A stretch of 64,000 nucleotides of DNA from Candidatus Woesebacteria bacterium RIFCSPLOWO2_01_FULL_44_24b (GCA_001793235.1 MGHM01000016.1:746-64745), one strand, 5' to 3'. Positions 46,269 through 56,569 are shown, counted from the first letter of the stretch. Program-made: numbers and translations. The notes: generated by a model from the letters alone, not told the origin.

Positions 46269-46979
46269 ATGAGTGGGCATTCCAAGTGGTCAACAATTAA
46301 GCGGGCAAAGGCAGTAAACGACAATGCCCGGGGAAAAGTTTTTTCCAAGCTTGTTCGCGGGATTACAATGGCCGTAAAAACCGGTGGGCCCGATCCGGTC
46401 TCAAATTACCGCCTGCGTGTTGCGATTGAGGCGGCGAGGGCCGAAAACATGCCCAAGGAAACAATCGAGCGGGCTATTAGCCGCAGTGAAGAAGGCAGTG
46501 CCCTCGAGGAGATAGTTTATGAAGGTTTCGGGCCAAATGGAGTGGGACTCTTGGTTTATATTACTACGGACAATAGGAATAGAACCGCACAGGAGATTAA
46601 AAACGCTTTCGAGAAGGGTGGCGGCAGTCTAGGTAGCCCCGGCTCGGTTTCCTTTAACTTCGAGTCAAAGGGCTATCTTTTAGTTGAAAAATCGGTAGAT
46701 ATTAGCACCCAAATGCTTTCTCTCATCGACCTTGGAGTAGAAGATATGGAGGAGGCAGGTGAGGGGATAGAGGCGTATACCAATAGCCATGAGCTTTTCA
46801 GTGTTAAAGAGAAAGTGGAGAAAGCGGGCTTCAAAGTGCTTGCTGCTGAGCTTATTCAAAAACCCAAAAGCCAAGTGCCTGTTGATAAAAAAGTTGAAGA
46901 TAAACTCTTGGAGTTGATTTCGTCTCTTGAGTCCCATGATGATGTCCAGAAGGTGTTTGATAATGCTGCCATAAGCTAA
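46269..46979 (+). CDS. YebC/PmpR-family DNA-binding regulatory protein
   Basis: MSGHSKWSTIKRAKAVNDNARGKVFSKL N-terminal signature. Confidence 0.85.
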   Translation: MSGHSKWSTIKRAKAVNDNARGKVFSKLVRGITMAVKTGGPDPVSNYRLRVAIEAARAENMPKETIERAISRSEEGSALEEIVYEGFGPNGVGLLVYITTDNRNRTAQEIKNAFEKGGGSLGSPGSVSFNFESKGYLLVEKSVDISTQMLSLIDLGVEDMEEAGEGIEAYTNSHELFSVKEKVEKAGFKVLAAELIQKPKSQVPVDKKVEDKLLELISSLESHDDVQKVFDNAAIS

Positions 46980-46981
46980 TT

Positions 46982-47752
46982 ATGTCTAAGCGCCACAAGT
47001 TTTTAATTACGTCATTAGTTTTGTCGTTAGGTTTTTTTGGAATTACTTTTTTGGAAAACGAGGACAGGTTAGTGGGGATTGCTGCTTTGTCTTTGGGAAG
47101 TATTATAATGTTTTTCTGGACGTTAAGGGAGGGGATAAAGCGCGATGCCACACTTTTGTGTTTAATTTTGCCACCCCTTTTTACCCTTGGAGTTGGGCTT
47201 TTTTGGTTTTTGTTGCCGTCAACTTTCTATGCAAGACTGCCCATTATTGTCTTATATGGAATAGGGGTATATTCAATAGCGCTTACGGCAAATGTCTTAA
47301 CGGTTTCGGTCCTTAAAAAAATTGCGTTGGCCAGAGCGGCCAAGGGCGTTTCGTTCGTATTGACCCTATTTACGCTGTTTTTATTGTACGACGCAGTGCT
47401 TTCGTTAAAAGCCAGCATTTTTATTGCTTCCTCAGCGGTACTGGTGGCTTCGTTCCCGTTGTTTCTGCAGGGGTTATGGGTAAGCCGAATTACTAAAGAA
47501 GTCGGAAGTGAAATTTTAATATATTCGGGGGTTTTTTCTTATGTGGTCGGTGGAGTGGCGGTACTGATGTATTTTTGGCCTGTGTCGGTGGTTGTGGGGT
47601 CTTTGTTTTTGACTGTTGTGGTATATATTCTTTTGGGGTTGGGACAAGCAAAGATTGAGGCCAGGCTTTTTAGGCAGACGGTAAACGAGTATCTCACAAT
47701 AGGCACAATTGTTTTTTTAATTATGCTTCTGTCGACAAATTGGCACGGATAA
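46982..47752 (+). CDS. polytopic membrane protein
   Basis: 256 aa with about 8 TM helices. Confidence 0.4.
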   Translation: MSKRHKFLITSLVLSLGFFGITFLENEDRLVGIAALSLGSIIMFFWTLREGIKRDATLLCLILPPLFTLGVGLFWFLLPSTFYARLPIIVLYGIGVYSIALTANVLTVSVLKKIALARAAKGVSFVLTLFTLFLLYDAVLSLKASIFIASSAVLVASFPLFLQGLWVSRITKEVGSEILIYSGVFSYVVGGVAVLMYFWPVSVVVGSLFLTVVVYILLGLGQAKIEARLFRQTVNEYLTIGTIVFLIMLLSTNWHG

Positions 47753-48407
47753 CCTCCAAGGGCCTGCCTGCGCAGACAGGGGAGAGGGGTGGCCCGATTA
47801 GCAATATTATAGGCAGGTATTTTCACGCGGGGAGAGGGAGTGTTTTCACGATTCGTTGATAATATTTGATATAGTTGTTAGGTTAACAAAACACACTTGA
47901 AGCGCCCTCCAGAGGAGTAAGGCAGCAGGTTGTTTACTTGCAGCCAGCCTTGCCCGCAATGCTTCGCATAGCGATGCAGGCGGGTCGCTGCGGCTGCTGA
48001 CAGCTTTTTGAGCAGTCATACATAATGTCGTACAATAATACTTTTGCGACGTATATTAATTCAGTGAGGGAAGGGCATTATTTTTTCTTATTATCTGTAT
48101 GCGGCCCACACAGACACCATAAAATCTATTTCTACAGCTAAGACTTCTCTTAATTATGGATCCAGCTACTAAATATCTGTTCCAAATATATAGCGAACAA
48201 ACGAGTTCAAATTTTAAGGATGAAGATACCCGTCTTCGTCGTGAGACAGGCCTTAGAATCGATTTGGTGAAGCCACTTATTAAGTAAATTTTCAGTTTTC
48301 AATTTACAATTATCAATCAATTTCGATGATGAGTAAGCATCGAGTGTGTATAAAAATTGATATATTGATCATTCAATGAAAATTGTTAATTGAGAAATGT
48401 AAATTAT

Positions 48408-48471
48408 ATCAGCCATTGGCTGATGTTTATGTCGCACAATATTGACAAGCTTTATGTCAATAATTAAACTG
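48408..48471 (+). promoter_or_regulatory. palindromic operator-like sites overlapping a putative promoter of the recombinase gene
   Basis: Perfect 18-bp palindrome ATCAGCCAATTGGCTGAT (about 48408-48424). Inverted repeat AATATTGACA-N7-TGTCAATAATT whose left arm contains a TTGACA -35-like hexamer. The ATG at 48477 has no SD, so a leaderless or very short-leader transcript is possible. Confidence 0.3.
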
Positions 48472-48476
48472 ATTTT

Positions 48477-50648
48477 ATGACTACCCCACTTCCTAAACTT
48501 GTGGAGGAATTTTTGGATTACTTGCGTGTTGAGCGAGGCTCCTCTCCCCTAACCCTTAGGAACTACCTCCATTATTTAACCAGGTTCATTGAGTGGCTTG
48601 GTGAGCACAAAATTTCGCAAAATTTAGCCTCAATTTCAGCTGAAAATGTAAGGAAGTACCGCTTGTATTTAAGTAAGCTTGCCTTGTCTCAAAAGACCCA
48701 GGGCTATCATGTAATTGCTCTTCGGTCGTTTTTAAAATGGCTCAATAAAAACGGCTATAAGGCGCTGCCTGCCGAGAACTTGGAACTTCCAAAGATAAAA
48801 GATAGACAAGTATCTTTTTTAAACGGTGAGCAGGTTGACAGGTTGCTTTCGGCTCCTTCTATGAGCTCAATTGTAGGTAAGCGGGACAAGGCGATCTTGG
48901 AAGTTTTGTTTTCAACGGGGCTTAGGGTTTCGGAGTTAACTAAGCTCAACCGCGACAAAATTGACTTGGAACGGCGCGAGTTTGGAGTAGTTGGGAAAGG
49001 GGGGAGAGCAAGGGTAGTATTTCTCTCCTCACGCGCGGCGGAATGGGTGAGCCTTTACTTGGCCGCCCGGCGGGACCACTATTCCCCGCTATTTATTCGC
49101 CACAAGGGCAAAATTGATCCAACAGTGGAGGATGAGAAGATGCGGCTCACTCCTCGCTCGGTCCAGCGGCTTGTAAAAAAATATACAAGAAAAGTAAAAC
49201 TTCCGGTGGATGCTACCCCGCACACGATAAGGCACTGTATTGGTCCAAATACTAGAATTTTCTTAAGTAACTCTATTGACATAGCAAGAGACCTGTATTT
49301 TAGGCAAAACGATATTGAAGCTCGCAGTCTAGGCTTAAATAATTTTTTAGTAAGTAAGAGTAAAGTAATCGGCAAAGAATACCACATAGGCAAAGCGTAT
49401 AGTCTCTGGGCAGATGGGTATGAGCTGGTGTGTTCTAAAAAACACAGAGTTTTTACATTAGCTTTAGAGGATGTTGACGCGGTACAGGTAAATGACTTGA
49501 AAGTTGGGCAATATATTTTGGGCGTGAACAAGGTCTCGTTTAGAGGTACAGCGTTTGTGAAGCCTAAACTGGCACGGCTAATGGGTTATATTTTAGGAGA
49601 CGGCGTTGTCAGTAAGAGCAGGCGCGGAGTTATAATTCATGACAAGGATTTGAGTTTTTTAGAGTTATATCAGAGAATTGTTACAGATGAGTTAAAAACT
49701 CTCTCAAAAATAGAAAAGGCAAAAGGTTCCAACTCATGGATCCTAACTTTTTATTCGGATCAATTTGTTAATTTTCTCCAAAGCGTCGGTATTTTAGGCC
49801 ACGCCAATATAAGGCGTATCCCTGAAAAGCTTATGAATGCTACTGAAGAAGAAATCATAGAGCTACTTGCCGGAATATATGACGCAGAAGGAAATTCCCG
49901 AGGCGACCCAAGATATTTCTCCGCCTCAAAAGAGTTTTTGAAGGATATCCAAATACTTCTTTTGCGATTTGGCATAGATGCTCATTTGCTAGAGCGAAAC
50001 AGAAATGTAAAACTTCCCCAAGGACTTGTTTTTAATCACGACATGTTTACACTTCAAGTTTTGTCCACAAAAGACCAAAAGAACTTTATTAAACTGATTC
50101 CCACTCTAAAGAAAGATGTCCAGGCAAGTGAAGGGTATGGGGAAAAGTTGCCGGTGCAACCACTTCTCCACTCTATTTTTAGGGAAATGCAAAATAAGGA
50201 AAAAGGTCTGGTCCATGCTTTGGAAGTTGAGCTTAATATCAAGTCACTTCGCAATCTAGCGGAAATTGTTCCTGAGAGGAAAACTGTGGGTAAGTTTATT
50301 ACTTTTTTCAAAAATCATGGTTACAAGGGTAAAAAACTGGATTTTCTTAAGAAAATCCATAAAGATAAAAACATAAAGTGGCTTAAGGTCAGAAAAATAA
50401 CCCCAGTTTCCACTTCTGGCCGGTACAGTCTTTTCGACTTTACTCTTTCACCTCATCAGAATTTTATTACAGATGGAATCATAAGCCACAACTCTTACGC
50501 AACGGATTTATTAATAGCAGGGGCGGATTTACGCTCAGTTCAGGAAATGCTTGGCCATAAAAACGTAGCCACTACACAGATTTATACCCATGTCACAAAT
50601 AAACAACTGAAGGCTGTTCATGAACAGTTTCACGGAAGAGGAAAATAG
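48477..50648 (+). CDS. XerC/XerD-family tyrosine recombinase interrupted by a 419-aa intein
   Basis: Exteins: N-terminal core-binding domain ([24 protein letters not shown]), catalytic domain ([15 protein letters not shown], box II PHTIRH | [34 protein letters not shown] with catalytic Tyr). The spliced product is about 304 aa. Confidence 0.85.
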   Translation: MTTPLPKLVEEFLDYLRVERGSSPLTLRNYLHYLTRFIEWLGEHKISQNLASISAENVRKYRLYLSKLALSQKTQGYHVIALRSFLKWLNKNGYKALPAENLELPKIKDRQVSFLNGEQVDRLLSAPSMSSIVGKRDKAILEVLFSTGLRVSELTKLNRDKIDLERREFGVVGKGGRARVVFLSSRAAEWVSLYLAARRDHYSPLFIRHKGKIDPTVEDEKMRLTPRSVQRLVKKYTRKVKLPVDATPHTIRHCIGPNTRIFLSNSIDIARDLYFRQNDIEARSLGLNNFLVSKSKVIGKEYHIGKAYSLWADGYELVCSKKHRVFTLALEDVDAVQVNDLKVGQYILGVNKVSFRGTAFVKPKLARLMGYILGDGVVSKSRRGVIIHDKDLSFLELYQRIVTDELKTLSKIEKAKGSNSWILTFYSDQFVNFLQSVGILGHANIRRIPEKLMNATEEEIIELLAGIYDAEGNSRGDPRYFSASKEFLKDIQILLLRFGIDAHLLERNRNVKLPQGLVFNHDMFTLQVLSTKDQKNFIKLIPTLKKDVQASEGYGEKLPVQPLLHSIFREMQNKEKGLVHALEVELNIKSLRNLAEIVPERKTVGKFITFFKNHGYKGKKLDFLKKIHKDKNIKWLKVRKITPVSTSGRYSLFDFTLSPHQNFITDGIISHNSYATDLLIAGADLRSVQEMLGHKNVATTQIYTHVTNKQLKAVHEQFHGRGK
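49236..50492 (+). mobile_element. intein with LAGLIDADG homing-endonuclease domain
   Basis: Begins with Cys (CIGPNTRIF, block A). Block [12 protein letters not shown]. Two LAGLIDADG motifs ([11 protein letters not shown] and [11 protein letters not shown]). Blocks [27 protein letters not shown] ending in His-Asn. The +1 residue is Ser. Locally AT-rich. Confidence 0.85.
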
Positions 50649-50649
50649 T

Positions 50650-53250
50650 TTACTCTTCACTTTTCTCAAGCGCAGTAACTGCTGCCACTTCGTCTCCTCG
50701 GTCGGCAAAGCGCATAAGAATTACGCCCTGGGTGGCCCGGGCCAGCTCCGGAATGTTTCTTATTGGGAGCTTAATGATTTGCCCGTATTTGCTGGTAATT
50801 ACTGCTTGATCCATTCGTTGATTGACCAGAAGCCCGACTTGTAAATCTCCGGTTTTTCCGGTCAAAACCGCGGCTTTGACCCCTTTGCCCGCCCGCTTTT
50901 GGATGGGAAAGCGCTCAATCTGGGTTCTTTTACCTATGCCTTTTTCCGAAATGATAAGAATATCCCGGAATATTTTTTTGCGGCGGTCTGAGGACGCCTC
51001 AATTTTTTTGGAAAAAGTCTCGATGGCGATAACTGTATCATCTTTGGCAACCTTAATGCCGCGGACCCCGGTCGTGGCTCTTCCCATGGCACGCACATCG
51101 CCTTCCGAAAACTTAATGGCCTTGCCCTTTCTGGTGAGCAAGAAAACATGGTCGTCGCCGGAAGTTTTACGGGCTCCAACTAATTTATCGTCCCCGGCGA
51201 GCTTCATCGCAATGAGCCCATTGGAGCGCAAGTTGATAAATTCTTTATATTGGGTCTTTTTAACCACACCGTTTTCGGTTGCGAGAATCAGGTTCGTCGC
51301 TCCGCTTTCGTTGACCGGCACAATCGAGCGCACTTCTTCGCCGGCTTCCAGATTGACAATATTGACTAGCGCCGTCCCTTTGGCCTGCCTTGAACTCTCG
51401 GCCACCTCCCATACTTTGGTTCCAAAAACCCGGCCGTGATTTGTAAAAAACAACAAAGTATCGTGAGTAGAGGCAGTTATCAAGTGCTCAATTTCATCCT
51501 CCTCTTTAGTTGTCATGCCCAAGACCCCCTTCCCTCCTCTTCTTTGGGATTTATAAATGCTATAAGGAACCCTTTTGATGTAGCCGGTTTTTGTAACTGT
51601 AATTATAGTATTGGTTTTCGCTACCAAATCGGCCTCGGAAAACTCCCCGACATTTTGTTTAAATATTTTTGTTTTGCGCTCGTCTCCGTAAATCTCTTTA
51701 AGGTGAGCAAGCTCACTTGCGATAATTTCAAGTACCTTTTTGGGGTTGCGAAGTATGAGGATTAATTTGTCAATCTGCTTTTTAATTTCTTCATACTCTT
51801 TTTCAATTTTCTCGCGCTCGAGTGCCGCCAACCGCCTGAGTTGCATATCAAGAATTGCTGTTGCCTGAATATCTGAGAAACCGAAGCGCTTAATGAGGTT
51901 TGCCTTTGCCACTTCCTGAGTTGCGCTTTTTCTGATGGTGCTAATTACTTCATCCAGGTTATCGAGGGCAATTTTGAGCCCTTCCAAAATGTGGGCACGT
52001 TTCTTGGCGTTTGTAAGCTCATAGAGACTGCGCCTAATGACCACTTTTTGCCTGTGCTTAACGTATTCAGTCAAAATCTGCTTCAGGTTGACTGTATACG
52101 GAGTGCCGTTTACCAATGCGACAAAATTGGCAGGAAAGCTTATCTGAAGTTTTGTGTGCTTATAGAGGTTATTAAGGACCGACTTTGGCCGGCCATCCCG
52201 CTTGAGCTCAATTACAATGCTCATTCCTGCTTTGTCCGACTCGTCCCTCAGGGCTGAAATTCCGTTTAGCTTTTTGTCTCGCACCAGGTCTGCGATGTCG
52301 GTAACCAATTTACTTTTGTTAACTTGATACGGAATTTCTGTGATTTCAATGACCGATTTCCCTTTCTTAGCATCCTTGATTTCGGCAACACCCCGGACGG
52401 TAATCTTGCCACGGCCGGTGGAATATATTTCTTCCATACCTGTTGCGCCGTAAATGGTTCCTGCGGTTGGAAAGTCCGGTCCAGGAATAAGCTCAACCAG
52501 CTCCGAAATTGTGATATCGCTTTCAAAACCGGACTTGATTTGCCCGAGCTCCGTTTCGGTTAACTCTTTTTCGGTTCCTGCTGCAATTAGGTCAATCTTT
52601 TTGATGAAATTTTCCATTTCGGCCTCGAGCACTTGTTGCTCCACCACTGCCCTACCCTTATTGATGGTTGCGACTACACCGTCTACGACTTCGGATAAAT
52701 TGTGCGGAGGGATTTTGGTAGCCATGCCGACAGCGATGCCCTCCGAGCCCATGAGGAGCAGGTTCGGGAGAAGTGCCGGCAGATACACAGGCTCCTTGAG
52801 GGTACTGTCAAAATTATCTAGAAACTCCACCGTGTCTTTATCTATGTCGGCAAGAATGAAGTCGGCAATTTTTGCCAGTTTGACCTCGGTGTAGCGCATG
52901 GCGGCCGCAGGGTCACCGTCAACTGAGCCGAAATTTCCCTGTCCCTTGATGAGTGGGTAGCGCATAGTAAAGTCCTGCGCGAGCCGCACGATTGCGTCAT
53001 AAACCGCAGTATCCGAGTGGGGATGGTACTTACCTAGTACTTCTCCCACAACTTTTGCACTTTTCGAGAACTTGGTGGAGCTTGTGAGCCCCATTATGTG
53101 CATGGCATAAAGGATGCGCCTGTGGACCGGTTTTAGGCCGTCGCGCACGTCCGGAAGGGCTCTCGCCACAATCACGCTCATGGCGTAATCTAAATAACTT
53201 TTTGAAAGCTCAGACGTAATTTCTGTAGGAAGTACCTTACCTAGTTGCAT
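50650..53250 (-). CDS. gyrA: DNA gyrase subunit A (no intein)
   Basis: N-terminal [29 protein letters not shown] with catalytic Tyr region. 866 aa. C-terminal beta-pinwheel repeats. Confidence 0.95.
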   Translation of the reverse strand: MQLGKVLPTEITSELSKSYLDYAMSVIVARALPDVRDGLKPVHRRILYAMHIMGLTSSTKFSKSAKVVGEVLGKYHPHSDTAVYDAIVRLAQDFTMRYPLIKGQGNFGSVDGDPAAAMRYTEVKLAKIADFILADIDKDTVEFLDNFDSTLKEPVYLPALLPNLLLMGSEGIAVGMATKIPPHNLSEVVDGVVATINKGRAVVEQQVLEAEMENFIKKIDLIAAGTEKELTETELGQIKSGFESDITISELVELIPGPDFPTAGTIYGATGMEEIYSTGRGKITVRGVAEIKDAKKGKSVIEITEIPYQVNKSKLVTDIADLVRDKKLNGISALRDESDKAGMSIVIELKRDGRPKSVLNNLYKHTKLQISFPANFVALVNGTPYTVNLKQILTEYVKHRQKVVIRRSLYELTNAKKRAHILEGLKIALDNLDEVISTIRKSATQEVAKANLIKRFGFSDIQATAILDMQLRRLAALEREKIEKEYEEIKKQIDKLILILRNPKKVLEIIASELAHLKEIYGDERKTKIFKQNVGEFSEADLVAKTNTIITVTKTGYIKRVPYSIYKSQRRGGKGVLGMTTKEEDEIEHLITASTHDTLLFFTNHGRVFGTKVWEVAESSRQAKGTALVNIVNLEAGEEVRSIVPVNESGATNLILATENGVVKKTQYKEFINLRSNGLIAMKLAGDDKLVGARKTSGDDHVFLLTRKGKAIKFSEGDVRAMGRATTGVRGIKVAKDDTVIAIETFSKKIEASSDRRKKIFRDILIISEKGIGKRTQIERFPIQKRAGKGVKAAVLTGKTGDLQVGLLVNQRMDQAVITSKYGQIIKLPIRNIPELARATQGVILMRFADRGDEVAAVTALEKSEE

Positions 53251-53305
53251 AAAGGGAGTTGTTTAGACATGTAATTTTATCCTTTTGAGGCAGAAATTAC
53301 AAGGC

Positions 53306-53539
53306 TTAGTGCATATTCTTGTAGATCTCAAATATCACCAGAAAGAATACGGCAAAGGCCAGGGCGCTTGTGAAAGGCAGATAAAGCACGAAGGTGTCAT
53401 TATCTATTAACACGTCTCCTGGGAATGTACGAAATTTAAACCGGCCAAAGAAAGTAACCAGCAACAAGAAGGCTATCAAATAAAGGCCTCCAAACTTCAT
53501 TCCATAACTAGAAATAAATTTCTTTACGTTTATGTTCAT
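53306..53539 (-). CDS. small membrane protein
   Basis: 77 aa with two TM helices. Upstream of gyrA, same strand. Confidence 0.35.
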   Translation of the reverse strand: MNINVKKFISSYGMKFGGLYLIAFLLLVTFFGRFKFRTFPGDVLIDNDTFVLYLPFTSALAFAVFFLVIFEIYKNMH

Positions 53540-53542
53540 TAC

Positions 53543-53725
53543 TCACTTTTCAACTACGTATGGTGTAGGCTCGGGTGTTGGGACTGCTGCAGCTTGACTC
53601 TCTGTTGCCCTGTTTCCATTATTTGCGAGTGAGAACAAGGGAATCATCATGGCAAAAAGGGCAAGTATAGCTAAAGACATAACCGGAGTTAATTTTAAAT
53701 TGTTAGATTTTCTTGCCAAGATCAA
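53543..53725 (-). CDS. small membrane protein
   Basis: 60 aa with one TM and a Pro/Thr-rich tail. Confidence 0.3.
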   Translation of the reverse strand: MILARKSNNLKLTPVMSLAILALFAMMIPLFSLANNGNRATESQAAAVPTPEPTPYVVEK

Positions 53726-53795
53726 TCACCCCCTCCACTTTTTAGTGTATAAATCCATTATATACACACTGCTAGTAAAATGTACAAGTAGTTTT

Positions 53796-54164
53796 TCATT
53801 TGGGGTCTAAAACTGAAGGTACTCTTTTTGCGTCCATTTTGACTATGATTGGTCTAACAAGGTTGGTTCCAATGTTTGCTATTCTTGCCCCGACTGAAAC
53901 TATAAAGCCCATCAAAAATAGATGTGCCAGTGTGTTGGAGGTTGAGTTTAAGACTTCAGCTGGGAAAATTTCAACATCTGGCGCATTAACGGCCGCAAAC
54001 TCTGGGCCTAAAAGAGTGCTAATGGGGATTGATACACCGTCGAAGTTAAAAAGGGCAAATGGCTTTACGGTCCCTGTAAAAACCGAATAAACACTAAAAG
54101 CCGCCAACAAAGTTATCACAAGTCCAGCTATGATAAGGGCATACCCGGTCACTTTTTCACTCAT
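53796..54164 (-). CDS. small membrane protein
   Basis: 122 aa with three TM helices. Confidence 0.35.
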   Translation of the reverse strand: MSEKVTGYALIIAGLVITLLAAFSVYSVFTGTVKPFALFNFDGVSIPISTLLGPEFAAVNAPDVEIFPAEVLNSTSNTLAHLFLMGFIVSVGARIANIGTNLVRPIIVKMDAKRVPSVLDPK

Positions 54165-54194
54165 TCATTTATGATATACCAGTTTTTAGAAAAA

Positions 54195-54223
54195 TTGAAA
54201 TAAGCTAAATTGTATTGTAATAT
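54195..54223 (+). promoter_or_regulatory. putative promoter (TTGAAA, 17-nt spacer, TAATAT) for a structured leader/sRNA
   Basis: Hexamers with ideal spacing in the divergent intergenic region. Confidence 0.3.
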
Positions 54224-54266
54224 CTAAGTATGTTGAGAACCCGAAAAGAGTTTTTCTTTTTCTTTA

Positions 54267-54283
54267 CCTCCTAAACTAGGAGG
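54267..54283 (+). promoter_or_regulatory. SD-like/anti-SD hairpin 1 (CCUCCUA-AAC-UAGGAGG)
   Basis: Perfect 7-bp stem in which an AGGAGG sequence is paired to its complement. Confidence 0.5.
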
Positions 54284-54319
54284 CGGGTTATTGTTGTAAA
54301 AGAACAATTTTTAATTACC

Positions 54320-54346
54320 AACCTCCTAGAGATAGGAGGTTTTTTA
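54320..54346 (+). terminator. SD-like/anti-SD hairpin 2 with U-tract (AACCUCCUA-GAGA-UAGGAGGUU-UUUUU)
   Basis: 9-bp perfect stem, GAGA loop and a 3' run of U, 10-20 nt upstream of the RBS (aaagggggtg) of the gene at 54367. Confidence 0.5.
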
Positions 54347-54366
54347 TTGGAAAGGGGGTGATAAAT

Positions 54367-54669
54367 ATGACTGAATATAGCAAAGATGAACTAAGGCATC
54401 CGGTAGATCTGGAGAAAAAAGCTAAAGTAGATGAAGCTCTCGCTCGTGTGACCAGGAACTTACTAAGCCAAGCCGGAATAGGAAGTCTGTGGGTTAACGA
54501 GAACGCTCAACTCTGTGGCTCTATGAATAGTCAAGCAGGTTATCCTCACACTTTGTACTTGTACGACATTAGATTGAATATAGTTAAGGATGAAAAAAGT
54601 GGTAAGGAGGCAATAGTAATAAACTCAGGTGAGACGCATGTTGTGTACGATGACGGGAAAGTAATCTAA
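54367..54669 (+). CDS. hypothetical protein
   Basis: 100-aa ORF with a strong RBS. No recognised motifs. Confidence 0.4.
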   Translation: MTEYSKDELRHPVDLEKKAKVDEALARVTRNLLSQAGIGSLWVNENAQLCGSMNSQAGYPHTLYLYDIRLNIVKDEKSGKEAIVINSGETHVVYDDGKVI

Positions 54670-54749
54670 GAGCGGTTGTGAGCCATAAAGATGTAGTTGA
54701 CAGGGCTGTTTACCTTATAGTTAAGTAAATAAGGATAGATATAGTTTTT

Positions 54750-55748
54750 ATGAGAGTCAAACTACTTCCAATATTAGTATTATCTACGTTTATATTATCT
54801 GTCTCAGCTCTCTCTAAGATGGCCGATAAAGTCTACTCCGCTCCGGCAACTGATTTAGTTATTTCAGAGGTACAAATAGGGCAAAGCGGCACCGGTAACG
54901 CCGGCAATGATTTTATCGAGCTTTATAATCCGAAGGATACTTCAGTTGACTTAAACGGCTACAGGTTGGTAAAGCGTACCGCAGGAGACATAACGGACGA
55001 CTCTATAAAAGCTTGGGATTCTGAAGCTATGATCCCAGCCCATGGATATTATTTGTGGGCAAATAGTGGGTGGACACCACCGGTTACCCCTGACGCCACA
55101 ACGGCGGCAACTATTGCTGCTGATAACGGGGTAGCTTTGAGACAAGGACCCGCAGACATTGGTACTATTGTCGATAGTGTAGGGTGGGATCAAGCTGCCA
55201 ATGTATTTGTTGAAGGTACAGCTTTCCCTCAAGATCCACCAAATGATAACAGCATTGAGCGTAAGGCTTGTGTCGGCTCGACCACCGGTAATTCCGAAGA
55301 TACCAACAATAATGCAGACGACTTCGTTTTGAAGACTACGCCAGAGCCGCAAAACGCAAGTTCCGGGGCTGAAGTGCCAACTTGCACGTCCGCAACACCC
55401 TCTCCAACACCAACTGTGACTCCCACCGAGGAGCCAACTGATACGCCATCGCCCACACCAACAGCTACCCCAACTGATGAGCCTACAGATACACCGACGC
55501 CTACGGCGACTCCAACCGATGAGCCAACAGAGACAGCCTCTCCGACTCCTGAACCAACGGAAAGCCCAACACCTGAACCGACGGAAACTCCCGAGCCAAC
55601 GGTTGAGCCCACCGATACACCAGTCCCAACCGGCACGCCCTCCTCGGTTTTGGGTTTCAGGCTTGATTGTAGAATAGAGTTTAGAGAGTTTAGAGGCCGC
55701 TTCTTCAGGCTATCTTTTCCTCACTTAGTTTGCAGTATTGTCCGCTAG
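54750..55748 (+). CDS. secreted lamin-tail-domain (LTD) protein with Pro/Thr-rich repeat region and aberrant C-terminus
   Basis: Signal peptide. LVISEVQ ... NDFIELYNP ... [11 protein letters not shown] signature. PT/PE repeats. The last 35 aa ([31 protein letters not shown]) look non-native and overlap the convergent gene. Confidence 0.6.
   Translation: MRVKLLPILVLSTFILSVSALSKMADKVYSAPATDLVISEVQIGQSGTGNAGNDFIELYNPKDTSVDLNGYRLVKRTAGDITDDSIKAWDSEAMIPAHGYYLWANSGWTPPVTPDATTAATIAADNGVALRQGPADIGTIVDSVGWDQAANVFVEGTAFPQDPPNDNSIERKACVGSTTGNSEDTNNNADDFVLKTTPEPQNASSGAEVPTCTSATPSPTPTVTPTEEPTDTPSPTPTATPTDEPTDTPTPTATPTDEPTETASPTPEPTESPTPEPTETPEPTVEPTDTPVPTGTPSSVLGFRLDCRIEFREFRGRFFRLSFPHLVCSIVR
55383..55645 (+). 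repeat. imperfect tandem repeats of about 30 bp encoding (T/A)PTDEPTDTP units
   Basis: Repeated actccaaccgatgagccaacaga-like units. The antisense ORF 55229..55636 (GVSVGS repeats) is an artefact of this repeat. Confidence 0.7.
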
Positions 55749-56569
55749 ATAATATAAATATCCTGATTGTATGAGCTTGTACCTACCAGCTCTCCTTTTC
55801 CCTTTACGACTTCTTCGAGCGGCGTGCAGTAGCGGCAGCCTCCGTCGGCACATTTAAAATGGCTGATTTGCCTGGCTAACTTCATTCGCTTGGCCACAGC
55901 CATTACTCGCTCTTGGGACTCTTCGAGGCTCGGTAAACTTACTTCTTTTGGTGCATCGCTTGTTAAGAGGTACCAGTAGCTTGCTTTACTTAAGCGTTTT
56001 GACTGGGTATTTGTGACAAGGAGCTGATAAACCGGTAGCTGAAGTGAGTCCTCCTTTTCCTCCCGTTTGCCGGTCTTGAAATCTATGATGTGCACCGAAT
56101 CAGTCTCGGGCAGGTACTCCAACCAGTCAATTTTTCCGCAAAGGATTATATTTTCGTCTTCACTGAGCCAATAATAGGGTAACTCTTCTTTGATTTTGAT
56201 TGCCTTTTGGGTAATTGGTCCGGGATTCTCCATTACTCGCATAAGCATCTCTCTGCCGCGGTTTTTATATTCTTCTTCCTGAGCGTGGTCTGCAAAGCCG
56301 CCTTTTTTGCCGGTTACTTTCTCCCACTCAGCATCAAATTTTTTGATAAGGGAAATTTTGAGTCTGTCTTCTGCGGGTAGCGTTGATAAACTTTCAACAA
56401 CATCATGTACAACTTGACCCAATGCCAGTGGCGGCTCCATCCGCGTGATTTTGTGCCCCGTTAATGGGTCTTTGTAGACATTTCTAAGGTAATAGAGTCT
56501 CGGGCAGCGCAAAAAATCAGCCATAGAGCTATGAGAAACCCATACAGCGGAATATTTATCAGCAGTCAT
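55745..56569 (-). CDS. PD-(D/E)xK nuclease, Cas4/RecB-like with Fe-S cysteine cluster (orphan, no CRISPR nearby)
   Basis: N-terminal Cys (LRCPRLYY). IDWLEY ... HIIDFKTGK (D/ExK). QLPVYQLL (QxxxY). C-terminal CADGGCRYC (three Cys). Confidence 0.65.
   Translation of the reverse strand: MTADKYSAVWVSHSSMADFLRCPRLYYLRNVYKDPLTGHKITRMEPPLALGQVVHDVVESLSTLPAEDRLKISLIKKFDAEWEKVTGKKGGFADHAQEEEYKNRGREMLMRVMENPGPITQKAIKIKEELPYYWLSEDENIILCGKIDWLEYLPETDSVHIIDFKTGKREEKEDSLQLPVYQLLVTNTQSKRLSKASYWYLLTSDAPKEVSLPSLEESQERVMAVAKRMKLARQISHFKCADGGCRYCTPLEEVVKGKGELVGTSSYNQDIYII

Noticed and set aside
48477-50648. Recombinase as a phage integrase marking a prophage
   Set aside because: There are no phage structural, terminase or repressor genes on either side (gyrA on one side, membrane protein and YebC on the other). 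The tRNA-Leu is 7 kb away, and the protein has a XerC/D-like N-terminal domain. A small integrated element cannot be excluded but is not supported.
55229-55636. 135-aa minus-strand ORF made of GVSVGS repeats
   Set aside because: It is the antisense reading of the Pro/Thr repeat region of the LTD gene. It has low complexity and no start context, so it is an artefact of the tandem repeat.
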